64,000 nt of DNA, taken from positions 1-64,000 of the forward strand of contig KK211223.1 in assembly GCA_000621185.1 (NCBI GenBank), in the 5' to 3' direction. The stretch's first letter is position 1, and the number at the start of each line of letters is the position of its first letter. Shown here in pieces: positions 57,104-64,000 of this stretch. The notes under the pieces were generated by a model that was not told the origin of the DNA, ran no database searches, and saw only the letters and a list, made by a program, of their open reading frames with translations. A program made the translations under genes and the position numbers. The stretch is from Franconibacter pulveris DSM 19144. Lineage in GTDB: Bacteria; Pseudomonadota; Gammaproteobacteria; Enterobacterales; Enterobacteriaceae.

Positions 57104-59806
57104 ATGAAAAATAAAGGAATGCGTAGCGTGAATAAAAATAAACATGTTCTTCATGCAAATTTAGCGCCGGTTTGTTTTGCAACAATGCTGGCTCTGGGGA
57201 TGGTATTGCCTGTACAGGCTGCCGTAGTCGCGGATAACTCTGCCGCTAATCAACCTTCTGTGCATACTGGCGCGAATGGCGCGACCATCGTTGACATTAA
57301 TAAAGCCAGCGCGGAAGGCGTATCACACAACGTTTATTCGCAGTTCAACGTCGACCAGAACGGCGTCATTCTCAATAACAGCGGTGGTGCAACAAACACC
57401 CAACTGGCCGGACAGATTAACGGCAACGCCAACATGGCGGGCGGCAGCGCGAAGGTGATTCTGAACGAAGTCCGCTCTGCCGATCCCAGCCAGTTGAACG
57501 GTATGGTGGAAGTGGCGGGGCAGTCCGCTCAGGTTATTATCGCGAACCCGTCAGGGATAACCTGCAACGGGTGCGGTTTCATCAATACCAACCACGCTAC
57601 GCTGACTACTGGCACCGCCAGCATTGATGCCCAGGGTAAAGTGAATGGTCTGGATGTGAAAAAAGGCCAGATTGTCATTACCGGCAAAGGCATGGATACC
57701 TCTTCCACGCAGTACACCGATATCATTGCTCGTTCAGTTAAAGTGAATGCGCAGCTCAAAGCAAATGAACTGAACATCACTACAGGCAGCAACCATATCG
57801 ATAAGAATGGTCGCGTGAAAGCCATCGCTGCAACCGGCGATGCGCCGGAGCTGGCGCTGGATGTCTCTTCACTGGGCTCCATGTACGCCAACAAAATTTA
57901 TATGAAAGGTACGGAAGCGGGTGTAGGCGTACGCCTCGATCATGCTGACCTGACGGCGACGGATAGCCTGTCTATTGAGGCCAACGGCACTATCAATAAC
58001 AACGGCGGCCATTTATCGGCCAAAAACAGCGTCATGCTGAACAGCCAACAGGATGTACTGAACAGTAATAGCCAGATTACTGCGGACGGCGATGTCATGG
58101 TTTCGGCACAAGGTCGTGTTGATAACCACGGCGGCAAAATCAAAGGCGGCAACGTTAACGTTTATGGCGGCAAAACCGTAAACAACGCGGGCGGCTCTAT
58201 TCATGGCACCCAGGCTGTAGACATAATATCGAATGCCCTGAACAATACCGATGGCGATATCACGAGCGACGGTAATATTACTATCAACCGTGGCAGTTAC
58301 AACTACTATAACTCCTCTAAAACAGATGGCGTGGTTAACAAGAATGGTCATATTAACGCTAAAGGCAATATGACCATCGATTCCGCTAATGTTTATAACG
58401 AGGATGGTTCTATCAGTGCCAATAGCTCACTGAATATCAACACCGGTACGCTGAACAACAATAAAGGTGTAATTGCCTCTGGTAACGCTAATGATGCGAC
58501 CTGGACTCAAATTACCGCCAGCGAACTGAAAAATGATAACGGCAGCATCACGGCTACTGGCGAAAATAGCGAGCTGATGGTGATGGGCAACAATGCGCTG
58601 ACTAACCATGACGGCAGCATTGTTGGCGAAGGAAATGTCACCTTTAACGGCGTGGTCGACAACTCCGCAGGTAAGATTGCGGCAGGCAAAGACATGCATA
58701 TGTATGTGAATGGCTATGCCTCCGACGCAGACAGTTCATTAACGTCTGGCCAGAATATGGATTTGATGGTGAACGGTACATTCCAGAACGCAGGCGCTAT
58801 CAAGTCGGGTCAGGACCTGTTGATGTCTCTGGGTGGCGGCGGCTGGTACGGTAATTCAGGCTCTGCTTCAAACACTGGTATCATCGATGCAGCTGGTCGT
58901 TTGTCTGTTCAGTCGAATAGCAATGTATTCGATAATAGCGGCAGCATCTCTGCTGGCCAGATGGACTGGCAGATCCTTGATCTGTACAACCGTGGTTCTA
59001 TCGCCAGCCGTGGCGACATGAATTTCAACGCCAATAATATCAACAACTTTGCTCAGGGTAAGATTAGCGCAGGTAACGATATCAATGTTTACACTGCCGC
59101 GCTGATGAATGAAAAAGATGGCCAGATCGAGGCTGGACATTCTGCGTCGTTTAACCTGACCAATAACTTCGATAATTCTGGCGAAATCAAAGCCACTAAT
59201 GATGTTAATGTCACCTCGTTAAGTTATCGTCCGGCTAGCTATGCTAATAAAGGTAATATCCTGGGCGGTGATAACGTTAACATTAACTTCGCTGGCAGCC
59301 ATTTTGCTAACACCGGCACCATTAAAGGTGACAAAGCCGTTAATATTGACGCTAATTCTTTATATAACTCCGGCGAAATCAACAGCGCTGGCAACGTTAC
59401 CCTTGCAAGCGCTAACGATATTACCAACGACGTTAACGGTAAAATTACCGGCGACAAAGTGATTACTCGTGGCCGCGTTAATAATATGGGTGAGATTACC
59501 CAGACCGGTGAGGAATCTGACAGCGCTGATAATGGCAACACCACGCCGGATAATGGTAATGTTACGCCAGATAACGGTAATAACACCCCGGATAACGGAA
59601 ATAACACCCCAGATAACGGCGATTCAATCGCAGACAATACTCAGCATGCTGATGGTTTCGATGGTAACGGCGGCGTCTGGATCAATGGCGTTAACTATGC
59701 CAGCGGTAAAGAAGTAAACGGCGTGTATATCCGTAGCGTACAAACCTACCCGGATGGTTCATTCATCATCTCTGCGGGTGCAGGTAGTTTCTACGGTAAG
59801 TTTTAA
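57104..59806 (+). CDS. Two-partner-secretion exoprotein TpsA (FHA/ShlA-like, 900 aa)
   Basis: Signal peptide followed by a TPS domain (..ATIVDINKASAEGVSHNVYSQFNVDQNGVILNNSGG..AKVILNEVRSADPSQLNGMVEVAGQSAQVIIANPSGITCNGCGFINTNHATLTTG..), then an Asn/Gly-rich beta-helix, four TPDNGN repeats and a ~60-aa C-terminal module. Preceded by 400 bp of AT-rich DNA. Confidence 0.85.
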   Translation: MKNKGMRSVNKNKHVLHANLAPVCFATMLALGMVLPVQAAVVADNSAANQPSVHTGANGATIVDINKASAEGVSHNVYSQFNVDQNGVILNNSGGATNTQLAGQINGNANMAGGSAKVILNEVRSADPSQLNGMVEVAGQSAQVIIANPSGITCNGCGFINTNHATLTTGTASIDAQGKVNGLDVKKGQIVITGKGMDTSSTQYTDIIARSVKVNAQLKANELNITTGSNHIDKNGRVKAIAATGDAPELALDVSSLGSMYANKIYMKGTEAGVGVRLDHADLTATDSLSIEANGTINNNGGHLSAKNSVMLNSQQDVLNSNSQITADGDVMVSAQGRVDNHGGKIKGGNVNVYGGKTVNNAGGSIHGTQAVDIISNALNNTDGDITSDGNITINRGSYNYYNSSKTDGVVNKNGHINAKGNMTIDSANVYNEDGSISANSSLNINTGTLNNNKGVIASGNANDATWTQITASELKNDNGSITATGENSELMVMGNNALTNHDGSIVGEGNVTFNGVVDNSAGKIAAGKDMHMYVNGYASDADSSLTSGQNMDLMVNGTFQNAGAIKSGQDLLMSLGGGGWYGNSGSASNTGIIDAAGRLSVQSNSNVFDNSGSISAGQMDWQILDLYNRGSIASRGDMNFNANNINNFAQGKISAGNDINVYTAALMNEKDGQIEAGHSASFNLTNNFDNSGEIKATNDVNVTSLSYRPASYANKGNILGGDNVNINFAGSHFANTGTIKGDKAVNIDANSLYNSGEINSAGNVTLASANDITNDVNGKITGDKVITRGRVNNMGEITQTGEESDSADNGNTTPDNGNVTPDNGNNTPDNGNNTPDNGDSIADNTQHADGFDGNGGVWINGVNYASGKEVNGVYIRSVQTYPDGSFIISAGAGSFYGKF

Positions 59807-59831
59807 TAATTAGTGAGTAGTACGATAAACA

Positions 59832-59868
59832 TAACGCTCTATTTTATATAGAGCGTTATTTTCTATTA
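59832..59868 (+). terminator. Intergenic hairpin between tpsA and tpsB (putative attenuator or partial terminator)
   Basis: ATAACGCTCTA-TTTTA-TATAGAGCGTTAT perfect 11-bp stem followed by TTTCTATT. Confidence 0.4.
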
Positions 59869-59935
59869 ATGGGTTTTATAGTTGTAATGGCCATTTCTGT
59901 CGGCATAGATGAAAGTAGAGTGAAAAGGATTTTAC

Positions 59936-61618
59936 ATGGTAGTTAATAAAATTAGCGCTTACGGAGCTATTCTTTCTGCGCTGTTCGGTATTCACTCTCC
60001 TGCTTATGCTGAAGTCATGGCGAATCAACAGGCGCTAAGCCAGCAGCAGCAAGATGAAGCCAGACGAAATCAACTGATTCCCGAAGCTAAATCGCTCCTC
60101 TCATCTGATGCTGAACGTATCAGTGATGAAATGGCCATGCCGCAGGAAAAGCCCTGCTACAATATTGCGCATATCGTTTTAGAAAACAGAGAAGCGTTTC
60201 CTCACTGGATGGTCTTTCGTGATCTAACCCGTCAGGCTGAAGGCAAGTGCATCGGCGTGAATGGCATTAAGTCGCTCTATAAAGCAATACAAAACCGTTT
60301 CATTTCTCATGGTTATATTACAACGCGCGTGCTGGTGCCGGACCAGGATTTAAGTAAAGGGACACTTACGCTGCGTGTGCTGCCCGGAAAAATCAGCGAC
60401 ATTATTTTTAAAGGCGATTCGGGGAAATACATCCATTCAATCAATAATTTTCCGGAACGAAAGGGAGACCTGCTCGATCTTCGCGGTCTGGAACAAGGCA
60501 TTGAAAATTTACAACGCGTCCCGGGTTCTACGGCTGAAATAAATCTTGTTCCGGGGGCTAAGCCTGGTGAAACCCAGGTAGAAGTCAGCCGCAAACAACT
60601 TAAATCCTGGCGGCTTGGCGCCTGGGCTGATGATTCAGGGAGTAAATATACCGGGCGTTATCAGAGCGGCCTGGCGTTCTACCTGGACAACCCAACCTCC
60701 CTGAATGACACCTTTTATGCGGCCTATGGCGGCGGGGTAAAAAACGAAGACGGACGCCGCAGCGATAACGTTTCTGCTTTCTATTCTGTCCCATGGGGAT
60801 ACTGGCTGATGGAGTTTTACGGCAGTAAATACCGTTATACTCAAACTATTCATAGCGGTGATTTTAGTTATCTTTACAGCGGCATTGAAAAATTAGCTAC
60901 CGCCCAGTTAAGTCGGGTTATTTATCGCAGCGCCAGTCAAAAAACGACCTTCAAATTAAAAGCAATTAAACGTGACTCCACCTATAACCTCAATGATGTG
61001 GAAGTCGAAGTGCAGCGCCGCGATACCAGTAGCTGGAAACTCAACCTTGAGCATCTTGCTTATTTTGCTTTTGGACAACTTAAAGCCAGCCTCGGCTATC
61101 AGCGAGCGGCGCACTGGTTCGGCGAAAAACCGGATGCCGAAGAAGTGGTAGGCAGCGCGGATTCGCAGGCGCGTATTATTACTCTGGGCGTGGACGGCTC
61201 CTTCCCGTTCCGCCTGGGCAAACTGTCGATGAGTTATGAGCCGCATTTTATGTCGCAAACCTCTCCGGACAAATTAACGCAGCCTGATAAATTCACTATC
61301 GGCAACCGTTGGACAGTACGTGGATTTGATGGTGAAACGACGATCTATGCCGATAAAGGCTGGTATCTGCGTAACGATCTTAACCTGAACCTGCCGCAAT
61401 GGGGCATGCAACCCTACATTGGGGTGGATTATGGCGAAGTTCGCGGTTCCAAAAATGATTACTGGAGCGGCAAACATATTGCCGGGGCGGCGGCAGGCAT
61501 CCGGGGCGTAAAAGGCAAATTCGGCTACGACCTTTTTGTTGGCGCGCCCTTACTCAAACCCGCAGAGATGCACACCAGCCCCGTGACGGTTGGTTTTGCC
61601 GTACAGTGGCAGTATTAG
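59936..61618 (+). CDS. TpsB outer-membrane transporter (ShlB/FhaC/HecB family, 560 aa)
   Basis: Signal peptide, POTRA-like N-terminal region, and a C-terminal beta-barrel ending ..VGFAVQWQY. Confidence 0.85.
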   Translation: MVVNKISAYGAILSALFGIHSPAYAEVMANQQALSQQQQDEARRNQLIPEAKSLLSSDAERISDEMAMPQEKPCYNIAHIVLENREAFPHWMVFRDLTRQAEGKCIGVNGIKSLYKAIQNRFISHGYITTRVLVPDQDLSKGTLTLRVLPGKISDIIFKGDSGKYIHSINNFPERKGDLLDLRGLEQGIENLQRVPGSTAEINLVPGAKPGETQVEVSRKQLKSWRLGAWADDSGSKYTGRYQSGLAFYLDNPTSLNDTFYAAYGGGVKNEDGRRSDNVSAFYSVPWGYWLMEFYGSKYRYTQTIHSGDFSYLYSGIEKLATAQLSRVIYRSASQKTTFKLKAIKRDSTYNLNDVEVEVQRRDTSSWKLNLEHLAYFAFGQLKASLGYQRAAHWFGEKPDAEEVVGSADSQARIITLGVDGSFPFRLGKLSMSYEPHFMSQTSPDKLTQPDKFTIGNRWTVRGFDGETTIYADKGWYLRNDLNLNLPQWGMQPYIGVDYGEVRGSKNDYWSGKHIAGAAAGIRGVKGKFGYDLFVGAPLLKPAEMHTSPVTVGFAVQWQY

Positions 61619-61766
61619 CCGCTATCTGCAAAGGCATGAAAACGGGCTTCGGCCCGTTCCGGTAATGGAATGGCCGCTTTTTTTCCCTAAAACAACTTCC
61701 TGATTTTACCTTTCGCCCATCAGGCTACACACTTAACAGGATTGATTTCTGTTTAGGGAGTAGCTT

Positions 61767-62183
61767 ATGTGGTGCCAACAGACTGTGACGCTGAACGCGA
61801 AGCCGAGAGGGTTTCATCTGGTAACGGAGGAGATCCTCCGTCAGATAGAAGGGCTTTCCCGCATCAACGTTGGGTTACTGCATCTGCTGCTTCAGCACAC
61901 TTCCGCCTCCCTGACGCTGAATGAAAACTGCGATCCTTCTGTCCGCCGGGATATGGAACGTTACTTTTTGCAGGCTGTGCCGGATAACGCCCCGTACGAG
62001 CATGATTATGAAGGCCCGGATGATATGCCTTCGCATATCAAATCGTCGACGCTCGGCGTTTCTTTGCTGTTGCCAGTTCATCGCGGACGGGTGCAGTTGG
62101 GTACCTGGCAAGGGATTTGGCTGGGAGAACATCGCATTGACGGCGGTTCGCGCCGGATTGTCGCCACACTACAAGGGGAATAA
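61767..62183 (+). CDS. yjbQ: UPF0047/YjbQ-family protein
   Basis: 138 aa beginning [61 protein letters not shown].., ~80% identical to E. coli YjbQ. Confidence 0.85.
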   Translation: MWCQQTVTLNAKPRGFHLVTEEILRQIEGLSRINVGLLHLLLQHTSASLTLNENCDPSVRRDMERYFLQAVPDNAPYEHDYEGPDDMPSHIKSSTLGVSLLLPVHRGRVQLGTWQGIWLGEHRIDGGSRRIVATLQGE

Positions 62184-62539
62184 TGATGACCAACTCGGAG
62201 CTGTTGCAATATTGTATGAGTAAACCCGGTGCTGAACAAAGCGTGCATAGCGACTGGAAGGCCACGCAAATAAAAGTTGCTGATGTGCTCTACGCTATGG
62301 TGCATGAGGTACAAGAACGTCCGGCCGTCTCGCTGAAAACCAGCCCGGAACTGGCCGAACTGCTGCGCCAGAAGCATGAAGATGTCTTTCCCAGCGCGCA
62401 TCTTAATAAAGCGCACTGGAGCACGGTTTACCTGGACGGTAATTTACCTGATTCGCAAATTTATTATCTGGTAGATGCTTCTTATCAGCAGGCGCTGGGG
62501 CTGCTGCCAGAGCAAACCAGACAGCAGCTTTCGGTATAA
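62183..62539 (+). CDS. yjbR: MmcQ/YjbR-family protein
   Basis: 118 aa. Start overlaps the yjbQ stop (TGATGA), as in E. coli yjbQR. Confidence 0.8.
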   Translation: MMTNSELLQYCMSKPGAEQSVHSDWKATQIKVADVLYAMVHEVQERPAVSLKTSPELAELLRQKHEDVFPSAHLNKAHWSTVYLDGNLPDSQIYYLVDASYQQALGLLPEQTRQQLSV

Positions 62540-62546
62540 CGTCATC

Positions 62547-62570
62547 TGCGCGGGGGACTGCCCCGCGCAT
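62547..62570 (+). terminator. yjbR terminator
   Basis: GCGCGGGG-GACT-GCCCCGCGC. Confidence 0.5.
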
Positions 62571-63053
62571 TGCTTTCGAACGATTTCCTCTGTGCCGCAA
62601 AAACAGCTATGCCATTATTAGACCTGAATCAGATAAAAATAATGCACCGTCTGAAAGTAACGCTGCGTTGAACTTAATTTGGAAGCTTACATACATACTT
62701 TAATGTATGCAGTATTGGGATAAGTTAGAAGATAAATCCTTTTTTATTATTAATAAAGACAGGTCGTCCTTTAATATACTTTTTTTCCCTGGGTTGCGTT
62801 TGTTTTACAAGAGATTGCCTTTATATGGCCCTATTATGATAGATAAAGATTATTATATTCGGTTCATATATTTTTATAATGTATTAATGGCCTGGTTTTT
62901 AAAAGTGGTTTGTTTTTACTTTTCTCCTTAAAAGATATAATTAATTCGGCAATTATGATGTGTGGGTTTTTATTATGTTTTATTTGGAATTAATAAATAG
63001 CATGAATTATTGCGTCATATTGCCGTGTGATTGACCAGAAAAAGGAAAAGGAA

Positions 63054-64000
63054 ATGAAAAACAGGAAAGATGTAAAAAGCGCATCTAAGCATACGCTACA
63101 TGCGAAACTGGGTCCGGTTTGTTTCGCTACGCTGTTAGCATTGGGAATGGTCGAAACGGCTAACGCGGCAATCACTGCTGATACCAGCGTGGCGAATCAG
63201 CCGGGCATTCATACTGGTGCAAATGGCGCAACGATTGTCGATATCAACAAAGCCAGCGAACAAGGCGTTTCGCACAATATTTATTCTGAATTTAACGTAG
63301 ACAAAAACGGTGTAGTACTGAACAACAGCACCGCCAATACCTCTACCCAATTGGCTGGCGCTATCAACGCTAACAGCAATCTGGCTGGCAACAGCGCTAC
63401 CATTATTCTTAACGAAGTGCGTTCTGCCGATCCAAGCCAATTAAACGGCATGGTTGAAGTTGCTGGTAAATCTGCGCAAGTCATTATTGCTAACCCATCT
63501 GGCATCACCTGCGACGGCTGCGGTTTTATTAATACTAACCATGCCACGCTGACTACGGGTACGCCTACGTTTGATGATAATGGCAAGCTGACCGGCGTAA
63601 AAGTTACCAAAGGTCAAATCGTTATTGATGGCGCGGGCATGGACGTGGGTAATGACGGTAAGGCAAAATATACTGACATTGTAGCCCGCTCCGTGAAACT
63701 GAACGCTGAACTGCAGGCCAAAAACCTCACTATCGTGACCGGCAGCAATAAGGTAAATGCTAAAGGCGAGGTAACGAAGCTCGACTCAGATAGCAATAAG
63801 CCGGAGCTGGCGCTGGATGTGTCCGCGCTGGGCTCAATGTACGCCGGTAAAATCAACATGATTGGCACGGAAGACGGCGTTGGCGTTCGTCTCGATCATG
63901 CCAATATGGTTGCCGATGACGACCTGAACATTACTCTGAACGGTCAGTTAGTCAATGATGGTGGCTTGATCGCAGCAGACAGAAAATTAACTATTAACGC
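63054..64000 (+). CDS. Second TpsA paralog (N-terminal 315 aa; continues beyond the window)
   Basis: MKNRKDVKSASKHTLHAKLGPVCFATLLALGMVETANA.. followed by a TPS domain ~75% identical to the first TpsA (..ATIVDINKASEQGVSHNIYSEFNVDKNGVVLNN..IILNEVRSADPSQLNGMVEVAGKSAQVIIANPSGITCDGCGFINTNHATLTTG..). No stop codon before position 64000. Confidence 0.8.
   Translation, partial: MKNRKDVKSASKHTLHAKLGPVCFATLLALGMVETANAAITADTSVANQPGIHTGANGATIVDINKASEQGVSHNIYSEFNVDKNGVVLNNSTANTSTQLAGAINANSNLAGNSATIILNEVRSADPSQLNGMVEVAGKSAQVIIANPSGITCDGCGFINTNHATLTTGTPTFDDNGKLTGVKVTKGQIVIDGAGMDVGNDGKAKYTDIVARSVKLNAELQAKNLTIVTGSNKVNAKGEVTKLDSDSNKPELALDVSALGSMYAGKINMIGTEDGVGVRLDHANMVADDDLNITLNGQLVNDGGLIAADRKLTIN

Noticed and set aside
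59241-59717. Small ORFs on both strands inside the tpsA 3' region, and apparent DNA tandem repeats
   Set aside because: They are contained within the TpsA reading frame. The repetitiveness is the in-frame TPDNGN coding repeat, not a CRISPR array, since no spacer/repeat architecture is present.
62707-62931. 74-aa ORF in the AT-rich spacer upstream of the second tpsA
   Set aside because: The protein is low-complexity and Phe/Tyr/Ile-rich, with no RBS. This is typical random ORF content in AT-rich DNA.
63135-63868. Three minus-strand ORFs (63135–63440, 63281–63610, 63614–63868)
   Set aside because: They are antisense to the clearly homologous TPS domain of the second TpsA, which is missing from the ORF track only because it has no stop inside the window.

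Overview
This 64 kb window reads as Enterobacteriaceae chromosome (GC-rich, Klebsiella/Enterobacter-like). Its backbone is colinear with the E. coli K-12 90.5–91.5 min region: tail of an rrn operon (23S 3' end, 5S), yjaA/yjaB, metA, aceBAK, iclR, metH, yjbB, lysC with its lysine riboswitch, pgi, yjbEFGH, psiE, malGFE / malK-lamB-malM, ubiCA, plsB, dgkA, lexA-dinF, yjbJ, zur, dusA, pspG, qor, dnaB, alr, tyrB, yjbQR. Five accessory insertions interrupt this backbone. (1) 14.4–22.0 kb, between yjbB and lysC, where E. coli has pepE-rluF: a ccdAB-like toxin-antitoxin pair, yjbD, a BASS transporter and a variant rtc RNA-repair locus. That locus is RtcR, then a sigma54 promoter, a ~320-nt structured leader carrying a tRNA T-arm-like hairpin, a TM-less SPFH/band-7 protein, RtcB, and a pol-beta-type nucleotidyltransferase in place of RtcA. 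(2) 30.0–31.7 kb: an operon of a racemase-family protein, a GNAT and a hexapeptide acyltransferase. (3) 47.8–49.8 kb: a cupin plus a FadL/TraF-like outer-membrane barrel, where E. coli has yjbL/yjbM. (4) 56.7–61.7 kb: an AT-rich two-partner secretion locus, tpsA (900 aa) followed by tpsB. (5) 62.6–64.0 kb: a second AT-rich tpsA paralog that runs off the window. The rtc variant locus is the most interesting candidate system. All identifications come from reading the translations against remembered E. coli orthologues; no database search was run.
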